This document shows positions 1-10,716 of a stretch of 64,000 bases of DNA, in pieces. Location of the stretch: NCBI RefSeq assembly GCF_046714615.1, contig NZ_JBKKAP010000055.1, positions 3,342-67,341 on the forward strand, given 5' to 3'. Every line of letters begins with the position of its first letter. Positions within the stretch are counted from its first letter, which is position 1. The notes under the pieces were generated by a model. That model had not been told where the DNA came from. It searched no databases and saw only the letters and a list, made by a program, of their open reading frames with translations. The position numbers and the translations under genes were made by a program. This DNA comes from Paeniglutamicibacter sp. GTDB lineage: Bacteria > Actinomycetota > Actinomycetes > Actinomycetales > Micrococcaceae.

Positions 1-111
1 GCGTGCGGCATGTGCGGCCTGGTGGCTCGCGCACCCGCAACAGGAACACGCCGTGGAACCGAAGCTCAGTTTTTCCCAAATCGTCGGCATCAAGCCATAG
101 GCTCGAGGGTG

Positions 112-333
112 ATGATGAGCAACAACCACACACCACCTGCCAACAACGGCCCCGGCGCACAGGTCTCCGGTCCGCGCCCGGCGGCACCCACGGAATACCA
201 CCAGTCGACGACCGATCTCGGCGTCCTGGAGACCCTGGCGTCGGCCCCCGTTGCCGAACACCTGGCCATCTTCGAAGACCTGCAGGCGTCGTTGACCGCC
301 GATCTTGACGCAACCTCCCTGGAGCAAGCATGA
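112..333 (+). CDS. Small hypothetical protein upstream of tlyA
   Basis: ORF with ATG at 112; stop overlaps the tlyA start (ATGA); acidic C-terminal helix (EHLAIFEDLQASL) of the kind often found before tlyA in actinobacteria. Confidence 0.55.
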   Translation: MMSNNHTPPANNGPGAQVSGPRPAAPTEYHQSTTDLGVLETLASAPVAEHLAIFEDLQASLTADLDATSLEQA

Positions 334-1136
334 GCCGCCTCGACCAGGAACTGGTCACCCGTTCCCTGGCCCGATCGCGCACCGACGCTGCCCGGATGAT
401 CGCCGATCAGCGGGTGCGCGTCGATGGCATGGTTGCCACCAAGGCCGCAAAAAACGTTGCCGAATCCTCGGCCATCACCGTCCAGGCCGCCGCGGGCGAG
501 GAGTTCGTGAGCCGGGCCGGGCACAAGCTTGCAGGTGCGTTGGCAGCCTTTTCACTTATCGAAGTCGCCGGAAAACGCTGCCTTGACGCCGGGGCCTCCA
601 CCGGCGGATTCACCGACGTGCTGCTGCGCCGCGGCGCGGACCACGTCGAGGCCGTCGATGTGGGGCACGGCCAGCTCGTCTCCGAACTGCGCGCCGATGC
701 CCGTGTCCACGTCCACGAGGGCATGAACGTGCGCTACCTGGACCCCGCTGACATCGGGGGAGCCGTGGCCCTGGTGGTGGCTGACCTGTCCTTCATCTCC
801 TTGACCATGGTCATGAAGGCCCTGGCCGGTGCCACGGAGCCGAACGGCGACATGGTGCTCATGGTCAAGCCCCAATTCGAGATCGGCCGCGAACAGCTTT
901 CCCGCACCGGGGTGGTCAACAGCCCCACCCAGCGGCGCAAGGCCGTGGACGCCGTGATGTCGTCGGCACGCGATGCCGGGCTGGACGTGAAGGGGCTGGC
1001 CCGCAGCCCGCTCCCGGGCCAGGACGGCAATGTCGAGTTCTTTTTGTGGCTGGGCAAGGATGCCGGACACAATCCGGAGGCTTCTCCACAACCCCGCGTC
1101 GGGACCGACGCCTGGCCGGACGTTGACTATTCTTAG
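330..1136 (+). CDS. tlyA: TlyA family rRNA 2'-O-methyltransferase
   Basis: N-terminal S4 domain (RLDQELV), FVSRAGHKL, DAGASTGGFT SAM motif, MVKPQFE, GQDGNVEF. Confidence 0.95.
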   Translation: MSRLDQELVTRSLARSRTDAARMIADQRVRVDGMVATKAAKNVAESSAITVQAAAGEEFVSRAGHKLAGALAAFSLIEVAGKRCLDAGASTGGFTDVLLRRGADHVEAVDVGHGQLVSELRADARVHVHEGMNVRYLDPADIGGAVALVVADLSFISLTMVMKALAGATEPNGDMVLMVKPQFEIGREQLSRTGVVNSPTQRRKAVDAVMSSARDAGLDVKGLARSPLPGQDGNVEFFLWLGKDAGHNPEASPQPRVGTDAWPDVDYS

Positions 1137-1190
1137 ACTGGTGGCATCTGAACCGATGTCCTAACCTTCGGTCCGCCGAGGAAGGAACTC

Positions 1191-2225
1191 ATGCGCAGGA
1201 TTTTGGTCCTCACCCACACCGGACGAAACGATGCCCTTCTAGCTGCCGTGGACACCTGTTCCCGGCTTCGCGATGCCGGACTCATCCCGGTGATGCGCCG
1301 CCTGGAAATGCAGGCAGTGCGCAACACCCCGGAGGGTGAAGACCTCGAGGTTGAGATCCTCGACGAAGACACCAGCCTCGAAGCCATCGACCTCGGAGTG
1401 GTGCTCGGAGGCGACGGCAGCGTGCTGCGGGCCGCAGAGCTTGTGCGCAACGCCGGGGTGCCGCTGCTCGGGGTGAACCTGGGACATGTCGGGTTCCTGG
1501 CCGAAAGCGAACGCGCGGCCCTGCAGGAAACGGTCCAATGGGTCGTTGAGCGCCGCTACACCGTCGAGGAACGCATGACCATCGACGTGCAGGTCTGGCT
1601 GGACAACCGCCGGATCGCCCACACCTGGGCCCTGAACGAGGCCGCCGTGGAAAAGGCCAACCGCGAACGCATGATCGAGGTGGTCATGGAGGTCGATGGC
1701 CGCCCGCTGAGCACCTTCGGCTGCGACGGCGTGGTCATGGCCACCCCCACAGGATCCACCGCCTACGCGTTCTCCGCCGGCGGACCTGTCGTCTGGCCCG
1801 AGGTCGAGGCACTGGTCATGGTTCCCATCAGCGCCCACGCCCTCTTCGCCAAGCCACTGGTCGTCGCCCCCACCTCCCTGCTGGCCATCGAGATCCTGAC
1901 CCGCACCGATGCGGGCGCGGTTCTCTGGTGCGACGGGCGGCGAACCATCGAGCTGCCGCCCGGCGCCCGTGTCGAAGTCACCCGCTCCACCAAGCCGGTG
2001 CGCCTGGCACGGATGAACCAGACCCCGTTCTCCGAACGACTGGTCAACAAGTTCGAACTACCCATCCAAGGCTGGCGCGGACCGGTGGAACCCGGGGAAC
2101 GCGAGACCGCAACGACGGCGCTGCCGGTCATCACCCCGGCGATGCAGGTCATCGAACCGCGCCACCACGAACCCAAGCCCGAACCGGAAACCCTCGGGGA
2201 CAAGGATCATCGGAGGCAACTGTGA
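1191..2225 (+). CDS. nadK: NAD kinase
   Basis: GGDGSVL, NLGHVGFL, ALNE, ATPTGSTAYAFSAGGP motifs; tlyA-nadK-recN synteny. Confidence 0.95.
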   Translation: MRRILVLTHTGRNDALLAAVDTCSRLRDAGLIPVMRRLEMQAVRNTPEGEDLEVEILDEDTSLEAIDLGVVLGGDGSVLRAAELVRNAGVPLLGVNLGHVGFLAESERAALQETVQWVVERRYTVEERMTIDVQVWLDNRRIAHTWALNEAAVEKANRERMIEVVMEVDGRPLSTFGCDGVVMATPTGSTAYAFSAGGPVVWPEVEALVMVPISAHALFAKPLVVAPTSLLAIEILTRTDAGAVLWCDGRRTIELPPGARVEVTRSTKPVRLARMNQTPFSERLVNKFELPIQGWRGPVEPGERETATTALPVITPAMQVIEPRHHEPKPEPETLGDKDHRRQL

Positions 2226-3955
2226 TACAGGAAATACGCATCAGCGACCTGGGTGTCATTTCCCAGGCGACCCTGCCGCTGGGCCCGGGCTTCAGCGTGG
2301 TCACCGGCGAAACCGGTGCCGGCAAGACCATGGTCATCACCGCACTGGGGCTGCTGCTCGGGCGCCGCGCGGATGCCGGGGCCGTGCGCCACGGCGCCAA
2401 GCAGGCAGTGGCCGATGCAACGCTCGTGTTGCCTGCCACCAGCAAGGTCCTGGAACGTGCCGAGGAAGCCGGCGCGCTTATCGAACGCTTCGACGACCAG
2501 GCCGAGCTGATCATCACCCGCACCCTGTCGGCCGAGGGACGCAGCCGCGCCTCCGTTGGCGGACGCGCCGCCCCGGTGGGCGTGCTGGTCGAACTGGGCG
2601 AGGACCTGATCGCCATCCACGGTCAAACCGACCAGCTGAGGCTCAAGGGCGCCGCGGCGCAACGCGCCTCGCTGGACAAGTTTGCCGGCGCCCCCATGGC
2701 CAAGCTCCTGAGCGGCTACCAGCAGACCTTTGACAAGTGGGGAAGCGCCCAGGCCGAACTTGAGGAACTGGTGGCCGCCTCCCGCGAACGCATTCGCGAG
2801 GCGGAATCGTTGCAGACCGCCCTTGAAGAGATCGACGCCGTTGATCCGCAGCCGGGCGAAGACGTGGAACTGAAGAACCAATCGCTAAAGCTCTCCAACG
2901 TTGAAGCCCTGCGTTCCAACGCAAACCTTGCACACGAATCGCTGAACAGCGAGGACTATGAAGCCGCCAGCGTGATCTCCTTGGTCGAGGCCGCCAAACA
3001 CGCCCTTGATCAAGTGGCAGCGGACGACGCGGACATCAAGGCATTGGCCGAGCGGCTTAATGAAGTCGGAATTCTTGCCGCGGAGATCTCCACGGACTTG
3101 GCCGCCTATCTCTCGGATCTGGACGCCGAGGGACCAGAACGCCTGGCCTCGCTGGAGGAACGCCGGTCGGATTTGAACCGACTGATCCGTAAATACGCCC
3201 CAAACATCGATGAAGTCATTTCTTGGGCGAGCAGCTCCCGCACCCGCCTGACGGAGATCCAGGGCGATGACGGGCGGATCGAGGAGCTCAGAACAGAAAC
3301 CGAGTCGCTACGCACCCAAGTTCTGGACTTGGCTGCCAAGCTCTCCAAGCTGCGTGCCAAGGCCGCCAAAGATCTATCCACCCGCGTGACCGCCGAGCTC
3401 GCTGCGCTGGCCATGCCGGACGCGAAGTTTGTGCTGGAGATCGAGAAGCTTACCGAGCCCAATCGCCATGGGCTGGACTCCATCACCATGCTGCTGCAGC
3501 CGCATGCGGGGTCATCCCCGCGCCCGCTGGGCAAGGGCGCCTCGGGCGGTGAGCTCTCCCGGGTGATGCTGGCCATCGAGGTGGTGCTGGCGGCCGTGGA
3601 CCCCGTTCCGACCTTTGTCTTCGACGAGGTGGACGCCGGCGTCGGCGGAAAGGCGGCGGTGGAGATCGGCAAGCGACTGGCCATGCTCGCCAAGCACGTC
3701 CAGGTGATAGTAGTCACCCACCTGCCGCAGGTGGCGGCCTATGCCGACCGCCACGTCCGGGTCATCAAGTCGTCGAACGCCTTGGCCGCCGACGGCGCGG
3801 GATTCACCGCCAGCGACGTCGTGCTCCTGGACGAAGCCGAGCGGGTGCGCGAATTGGCGCGGATGCTGGCCGGCCAGGAAGACTCCAGCACGGCGCAGGC
3901 ACATGCCGAGGAGCTGCTCGGCGAGGCGCAATTGCTTGTGAGTTCGCTTTCGTGA
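2222..3955 (+). CDS. recN: DNA repair protein RecN
   Basis: GTG start at 2222 overlapping the nadK stop; TGETGAGKT Walker A, IHGQ Q-loop, SGGELSR signature, FDEVDAGVGG, VTHLPQVAA. Confidence 0.95.
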   Translation: MIQEIRISDLGVISQATLPLGPGFSVVTGETGAGKTMVITALGLLLGRRADAGAVRHGAKQAVADATLVLPATSKVLERAEEAGALIERFDDQAELIITRTLSAEGRSRASVGGRAAPVGVLVELGEDLIAIHGQTDQLRLKGAAAQRASLDKFAGAPMAKLLSGYQQTFDKWGSAQAELEELVAASRERIREAESLQTALEEIDAVDPQPGEDVELKNQSLKLSNVEALRSNANLAHESLNSEDYEAASVISLVEAAKHALDQVAADDADIKALAERLNEVGILAAEISTDLAAYLSDLDAEGPERLASLEERRSDLNRLIRKYAPNIDEVISWASSSRTRLTEIQGDDGRIEELRTETESLRTQVLDLAAKLSKLRAKAAKDLSTRVTAELAALAMPDAKFVLEIEKLTEPNRHGLDSITMLLQPHAGSSPRPLGKGASGGELSRVMLAIEVVLAAVDPVPTFVFDEVDAGVGGKAAVEIGKRLAMLAKHVQVIVVTHLPQVAAYADRHVRVIKSSNALAADGAGFTASDVVLLDEAERVRELARMLAGQEDSSTAQAHAEELLGEAQLLVSSLS

Positions 3956-4035
3956 AGCGCGGATTCCGCCTACCGCATCCCGCAACGCTGTAGAGTCTTT
4001 CCCAACCGTCCAACAACGAAAAGGTGATAGGGTAG

Positions 4036-5730
<1,695 letters not shown>

Positions 5731-5734
5731 CACC

Positions 5735-6400
5735 ATGGCAACAACAGACGGCGAGGCGCTGGGCGATACGTTCAGCCCTCGCCGCCTGCTTTCATCCGAG
5801 ACCGTCTACGACGGGCGCATCTGGGACGTTGTGCAGGACACCTTCGAATACGCGCCCGACGCGGCACCGCTGGTGCGGGACTACATCGACCACCCCGGAG
5901 CCGTTGCCGTGCTCGTGCTCAACGAAGCCGACGAGGTGCTGATGATCAACCAGTACCGGCACCCCGTGCGCATGAACCTGTGGGAAATCCCCGCCGGGCT
6001 CATGGACATCGAAGGGGAGGCGCCGCACCTGGCCGCCGCGCGCGAACTTGCCGAGGAGGCAGACCTCATCGCCGCCGACTGGGCGGTGCTGGTCGACCTG
6101 TTTCTTTCCCCGGGTTCCTCCTCGGAGGCGATCCGCATCTACCTGGCACGCGACGCCCGACCGGTTCCCGAGCATGAACGCCACGAACGCACCGACGAGG
6201 AAGCCGACATGGCCCTTGCCTGGGTTCCCCTTGACGAGGCAATCGCCGGCGTCCTTGGCGGGCGGATCCACAACCCCTCAGCGGTTGCCGGCCTGCTGGC
6301 CGCCGCTGCGGCACGCGCAGACGGGTACGCCTCGCTGCGCCCGGTCGACACCTCGTTCGAGGCCCACCCGCGACTGCGCTCCACCGAACCCAAGCTCTAG
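5735..6400 (+). CDS. NUDIX hydrolase (ADP-ribose pyrophosphatase-like)
   Basis: HPGAVAV, QYRHP, WEIPAG...AARELAEEA Nudix box; pyrG-NUDIX-xerD synteny. Confidence 0.92.
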   Translation: MATTDGEALGDTFSPRRLLSSETVYDGRIWDVVQDTFEYAPDAAPLVRDYIDHPGAVAVLVLNEADEVLMINQYRHPVRMNLWEIPAGLMDIEGEAPHLAAARELAEEADLIAADWAVLVDLFLSPGSSSEAIRIYLARDARPVPEHERHERTDEEADMALAWVPLDEAIAGVLGGRIHNPSAVAGLLAAAAARADGYASLRPVDTSFEAHPRLRSTEPKL

Positions 6401-6412
6401 GGGAGAGGCACC

Positions 6413-7525
6413 ATGTCCTCCGCCATGTTTGAGCCGGCCACGATTGAGCTGGCTCCTGTCACGTCGGTCCCTGCCACGATCCGCCTGACTCCTGTCGCTT
6501 CGGCACCGGTACCTGGCACGACACCGGCACCTGGCACGGCACCGGCACCTGCCACCGCAGCGCCGGCTGTTATCGCACCTGACCCGGCGAGCCTGCCCAT
6601 GGGCAAGCACCTGGCGACCTACCTGCAGCATCTGGCCGTGGAACGCGGCATGGCCAAGAACACCGTCAGCGCCTACCGCCGCGACCTGTACCGGTACGTT
6701 TCCTTCCTGCACACCCAGGACGTTCATGAACCGTCCCAGGTGACACTCGGCCACCTGACCTCCTTTGCCCAGGCCGTGCGCGACGGGGCCGACGGCGCCG
6801 CCCCGCTGAGCGCCAGGTCGGCCGCACGCACCATCGTCGCGGTGCGCGGGGTACACAAGTTCTGGGAACTTGAGGGGCTGGCACCCACGAACCCCGCGGT
6901 CGACCTGCACCCGCCACAGCCCGGGCGCCGCCTGCCCAAGGCCATCAGCGTCGAGCAGGTCACCGCGATCCTGGACTCGGTCTCCATCGAGACCTCCGCG
7001 GGGCTGCGCGACAAGGCCATCCTCGAATTCCTGTACTCCACCGGCGCCCGCATCTCGGAGGCCGTGGGCCTGGACGTCGATGACCTGCATCTGGAACGCC
7101 CGGCCAGCGGACCTGCGGTGGTGCGGCTCTTCGGCAAGGGCTCCAAGGAACGCATCGTGCCGCTGGGGTCCTACGCCATCGACGCCCTGAACGCGTACCT
7201 GGTCCGCGGGCGGCCCGAACTTGTGGCCAAGGGCAAGGGCACCGCCGCCCTCTTCCTGAACCAGCGCGGCGGGCGGCTCTCGCGCCAGTCAGCCTGGTCG
7301 GTGCTCACCAAGGCCGCCGAACGCGCAGGCATCGAGCAAGACGTCTCCCCGCACACCCTCCGTCATTCCTTCGCCACGCACCTGCTCGAGGGCGGCGCCG
7401 ACGTGCGCGTGGTCCAGGAACTGCTGGGCCATGCCTCGGTGACCACCACCCAGGTCTACACCCTGGTCACGGCCGATACCCTGCGTGAGATCTACGCGGC
7501 TGCCCACCCGCGAGCCCACAACTAA
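6413..7525 (+). CDS. xerD: Site-specific tyrosine recombinase XerD
   Basis: LAVERG..NT..AYRRDL, LYSTGARISE, GKGSKER, HTLRHSFATHLLEGGAD, LGHASVTTTQVY; Pro/Ala-rich N-terminal extension. Confidence 0.95.
   Translation: MSSAMFEPATIELAPVTSVPATIRLTPVASAPVPGTTPAPGTAPAPATAAPAVIAPDPASLPMGKHLATYLQHLAVERGMAKNTVSAYRRDLYRYVSFLHTQDVHEPSQVTLGHLTSFAQAVRDGADGAAPLSARSAARTIVAVRGVHKFWELEGLAPTNPAVDLHPPQPGRRLPKAISVEQVTAILDSVSIETSAGLRDKAILEFLYSTGARISEAVGLDVDDLHLERPASGPAVVRLFGKGSKERIVPLGSYAIDALNAYLVRGRPELVAKGKGTAALFLNQRGGRLSRQSAWSVLTKAAERAGIEQDVSPHTLRHSFATHLLEGGADVRVVQELLGHASVTTTQVYTLVTADTLREIYAAAHPRAHN
6503..6556 (+). repeat. 3 x 18-bp tandem repeat in the xerD 5' extension
   Basis: gcaccggtacctggcacg / acaccggcacctggcacg / gcaccggcacctgccacc. 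Confidence 0.8.
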
Positions 7526-7542
7526 GGAAGGCGCTCCCCGCC

Positions 7543-8100
7543 ATGCCCCACGCGTCCGCCGAAACCCCCACCCAGGTCGTGCTGTGCCTGCCGGTCCTGC
7601 GCGGGCCCAACGGCGCCCAGGTGCTGCTGGGGCTGAAGCAACGCGGGTTCGGTGCCGGACGGGTTGTTGCCCCCGGCGGAAAGATCGAGCCGGGGGAGAG
7701 TCCCGAAGACGCGGCGGTGCGCGAGCTGGCCGAGGAAACCTCGCTGGTCGCCGACGCCGCATCGCTGTTGCCCGCCGCCCGGGTCTACTTCCGTTTCCCG
7801 GCGAACCCCGCCGCGGACATGGACTGCACGATCTACCTCGCCTCCGCTTTCACAGGCCTGGCCCTGCCCTCGGAGGAGCTCTCCCCGGAATGGCATCCGG
7901 TGGGGCATTTGCCGCTGGAGCGGATGTGGGACGATTCGGCGCTTTGGCTGGGGCGGATCCTGGCAGGGGAACGCTTCGACGCCCTGGTCCGGCTTGCGGA
8001 AGACAACGAATCGGTGGACCGGTTTGCGACCATCAACTGGCAGGGAAACGGAATTCCCGCAGTTCCCGCAACCGAAGGCGACTTCCCGGACATTACCTAG
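7543..8100 (+). CDS. NUDIX hydrolase, 8-oxo-dGTP diphosphatase (MTH1-like)
   Basis: VLLGLKQRGFGAG, GGKIEPGE....AAVRELAEETSL, MWDDSALWL. Confidence 0.85.
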   Translation: MPHASAETPTQVVLCLPVLRGPNGAQVLLGLKQRGFGAGRVVAPGGKIEPGESPEDAAVRELAEETSLVADAASLLPAARVYFRFPANPAADMDCTIYLASAFTGLALPSEELSPEWHPVGHLPLERMWDDSALWLGRILAGERFDALVRLAEDNESVDRFATINWQGNGIPAVPATEGDFPDIT

Positions 8101-8102
8101 GC

Positions 8103-8948
8103 ATGAGGGAGCACCCGAAACCGGGCTCGTGGCTCAACGGCTGCGTGAATGACGCCAATGACTTCGCGCAGGTGCTGGGGGCCGGATACGGATTCGCCGA
8201 CGGCCAGATCGAGGTGCTCACGGACGGCGCGGCAACCAAGGCCGCGGTCATGGGTCGGTTGGGCGAGGCCATGGACCGGGCCGCCGCCGACGGGCTCAAG
8301 CACCTGGTCTTCACGTTTTCCAGCCACGGGACCCAGATCCCGGACGCTTCGGGGGACGAGGCCGACAAGGCCGACAAGGCGGACGAGGCCGACAAGGCGG
8401 ACGAGGCGTTTGCCACCTTCGACCTGAACGAGGCGGGTGACCAATGGGATCCGGCCAGCCTGATCTCCGACGACGAGCTCCATGACCTCATTTCCCGGGC
8501 CGGGCCCGGCGTGCTGGTGGAGGTCGTCCTGGACACCTGCCACAGCGGCACCGGGCTCAAGGCGCTGGACCTGCTGCCCGGGCGCCGCCCGCGGTTCCTG
8601 CCCCCGCCCACCCCGATCGGCCTGGAGCGGACGGCGACGGCGGATCCGCGGGCCTTCCGCGACCTGGTGTCGCGCTCGGGCAGGGGAAACCGCCCGGTGC
8701 TGCTGGCAGGCTGCCGCTCCTACCAGACCTCGGCCGACTCGGTGTTTGACGGGCGCTACAACGGCGCGTTCACCTACTATCTGCTCGAGGAGCTGCGGAG
8801 CGACCCCACGCGCAGCCGCCGGTCGCTGTTGGCCGCCGTCACCAAGTCGCTGGCCAAGGGCAGCTTTGACCAGCGTGCCCAGCTTGAGGGCCCGACCGCG
8901 GCCAAGGCCTCGCCGTGGGGGAGCGCCTTCGCGAACCCGGCGCGGTGA
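8103..8948 (+). CDS. Caspase-family (metacaspase/peptidase C14) protein
   Basis: LNGCVNDA, FSSHG (catalytic His), ISDDEL, LDTCHSG (catalytic Cys), GC...QTSAD, NGAFTYYL; first beta-strand looks truncated or degenerate. Confidence 0.85.
   Translation: MREHPKPGSWLNGCVNDANDFAQVLGAGYGFADGQIEVLTDGAATKAAVMGRLGEAMDRAAADGLKHLVFTFSSHGTQIPDASGDEADKADKADEADKADEAFATFDLNEAGDQWDPASLISDDELHDLISRAGPGVLVEVVLDTCHSGTGLKALDLLPGRRPRFLPPPTPIGLERTATADPRAFRDLVSRSGRGNRPVLLAGCRSYQTSADSVFDGRYNGAFTYYLLEELRSDPTRSRRSLLAAVTKSLAKGSFDQRAQLEGPTAAKASPWGSAFANPAR
8355..8408 (+). repeat. 6 x 9-bp in-frame tandem repeat (DEA/DKA) in the caspase gene
   Basis: gacgaggcc gacaaggcc gacaaggcg gacgaggcc gacaaggcg gacgaggcg. Confidence 0.85.
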
Positions 8949-8952
8949 AGCG

Positions 8953-10578
8953 ATGCCCGCCCTGCCGACCCATCGCGCCGGGGACCTGAGCTCGCTGACG
9001 GTGCTTGCCCAGGGACCGCATTCGATGGATTCCGCGGGGCGGCTGATGACCCACACACTGCGCATTCCCGGCGAACGGCTGCTGACCGGCCCGTTGGACG
9101 CGCGCCTCGAGGTCATCGTGCGTGGCCCGCGCGGGCGCAGGGAAAACCAGGTGCTGGGAAACGGCAGCTGGGGAGCGGAGGACATCGCCCCTCCGCCGGA
9201 TCCATCAGACCTGCCGATCGACCGCCGCTTTCTGGCCCAGCAGGCCAACGCGGTGGCGGCACACACCCTGGCCGCGTTCGAGCGGGCGCTGGGGCGGCGG
9301 ATGGGCTGGGCCGGCGGGGGCAGACTGAAGCTGTACGCCAATGACCGGATCGACTTCCGCAACACCGGGTACACGCGTTCGGATTGTTCGATCCGCTTCG
9401 GCCTGATCGAGGATGCGCGGCACCGGAACAGGCTCCCGCTGGTGCTGTACCGGGACCTGGTGGCCCACGAGGTCACCCACGCCGTCGTCGACGGCTACCG
9501 CCCACGCTGGGGAGATTCCCTGGCCGGGGCCGACCAGCTGGCGCTGCACGAGGCACTCGCCGACCTGCTGGCCATGCTGGGGGTCTTCACCGCCGAGGCC
9601 GTGGTGGAAAAGATCATTGCCGGGGAAATGGCCGCCTGCGGGGGAACCCTGGAATCCATCGATTCGACCCTGCTGGCGTCCGGGCTCTTCCGTTTCGCGG
9701 ACAACCTGTTCAGCCATGGCTGGGCCGCGCGGGATCCGCTGACTGGGGACCTGCCGCAGGACTGGCGCAGCGACGTGGAACCGCATCGACGTGCCGCGGG
9801 GGTCGTCCGCGCGGTGCTGGGAACCGTGCTGCGGCTGTGGCGGGCGGAACTGGGGCGGCCCGGCCGCCTGGCAAGCGTTCACCAGGTGGCCGCCGCAGGA
9901 GCCCGGATCGGTGAGCGGGTGCTGAACATGCTGCTGCGCGGACTGGCCTACATGGCCCCGGTGGATGTGGGCTGGGAGGATCTGCTGCGCGGAATCCTGG
10001 CCGCCGACGCGGTTGTGGTCCCGCAGGACGAGCGCAACTACCGCGGAACGCTGCGCAGCTGCTTTGCCGAGGTAGGAATCGTTGCCGGCCCGTCGCACGC
10101 CCTGGACGGGATCTCCGGCCTGCGGGACCTGAACTACCCGGTCCGGCTTTCAGCCCTGGGGTCCGACCCCGACGAGGTGCTGCGTTTCATTTGGGACAAC
10201 CCGGCATTGATGGACGCGGCGAAACTGGATCCGTCCGCCCGGATCACCATCGACAGGGTGCGCCCCAGCCTGAGGCTCAGCCCCGACGGGTTCGCTGTCG
10301 CCGAAATCGGGGCCTCCTTCGTCCAGGAATTGCGCCTTGCCCCGGCCGAGGCCACAAAGCTGGGCCTGCGCACCACATCCGCGGTGGTGTTGCGGGGCGG
10401 GGGCCTGCTGCGCTTCGACGAGGGCGGACACCTTTCCTTCGCCGCGCTGAAGCCGGTGCTTGATGCGGGGCGGCAGCAGGAACTGATCGAGGGGGCCGAC
10501 GCCGCCCGGAACGCTGCCCAACGCATCGGCGCCTCGATGTACCATCCTCCTGCCACACCCGCCCCTTCCAAACCTTGA
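8953..10578 (+). CDS. Gluzincin (M4/M36-like) zinc metallopeptidase, no signal peptide
   Basis: AFERALGRR.W, DLVAHEVTHAVVDG (HExxH), third ligand in ALHEALADL, EPHRRA; starts 4 nt after the caspase stop. Confidence 0.75.
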   Translation: MPALPTHRAGDLSSLTVLAQGPHSMDSAGRLMTHTLRIPGERLLTGPLDARLEVIVRGPRGRRENQVLGNGSWGAEDIAPPPDPSDLPIDRRFLAQQANAVAAHTLAAFERALGRRMGWAGGGRLKLYANDRIDFRNTGYTRSDCSIRFGLIEDARHRNRLPLVLYRDLVAHEVTHAVVDGYRPRWGDSLAGADQLALHEALADLLAMLGVFTAEAVVEKIIAGEMAACGGTLESIDSTLLASGLFRFADNLFSHGWAARDPLTGDLPQDWRSDVEPHRRAAGVVRAVLGTVLRLWRAELGRPGRLASVHQVAAAGARIGERVLNMLLRGLAYMAPVDVGWEDLLRGILAADAVVVPQDERNYRGTLRSCFAEVGIVAGPSHALDGISGLRDLNYPVRLSALGSDPDEVLRFIWDNPALMDAAKLDPSARITIDRVRPSLRLSPDGFAVAEIGASFVQELRLAPAEATKLGLRTTSAVVLRGGGLLRFDEGGHLSFAALKPVLDAGRQQELIEGADAARNAAQRIGASMYHPPATPAPSKP

Positions 10579-10600
10579 CCCGAGCCCCGGCGCGGGGGCA

Positions 10601-10674
10601 GCCCGGGGAATTCGGCCGGGCACGGCAATGGCCGCCCGGGGAATTCGGCCGGGCACGGCAATGGCCGCCCGGGG
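10601..10674. repeat. 33-bp tandem duplication merging into a hairpin
   Basis: gcccggggaattcggccgggcacggcaatggcc x2 plus a partial third copy. Confidence 0.85.
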
Positions 10675-10709
10675 AGGAGGACAATGCCTCCGCCCCGGGC
10701 GACCATTTT
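10661..10709. terminator. Stem-loop between convergent peptidase and prpC genes
   Basis: atggccgcccggggaggagg-loop-cctccgccccgggcgaccat followed by ttt. Confidence 0.6.
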
Positions 10710-10716
10710 CCGTGGC

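Noticed and set aside
2870-3380. AT-richer codon patches in recN, scpB and the der 3' end
   Set aside because: Frames and motifs are intact; cannot be separated from normal variation without computation
6413-7525. xerD as the integrase of the protease/prp block
   Set aside because: It is the housekeeping XerD in its conserved pyrG-NUDIX-xerD position; no flanking att repeats found
7485-8948. 487-aa ORF as a long caspase fusion
   Set aside because: The N-terminal 200 aa are an Arg/Gly-rich alternate frame over the NUDIX gene
10601-10674. Possible mini-CRISPR array
   Set aside because: Units are directly adjacent with no unique spacers, and there are no cas genes
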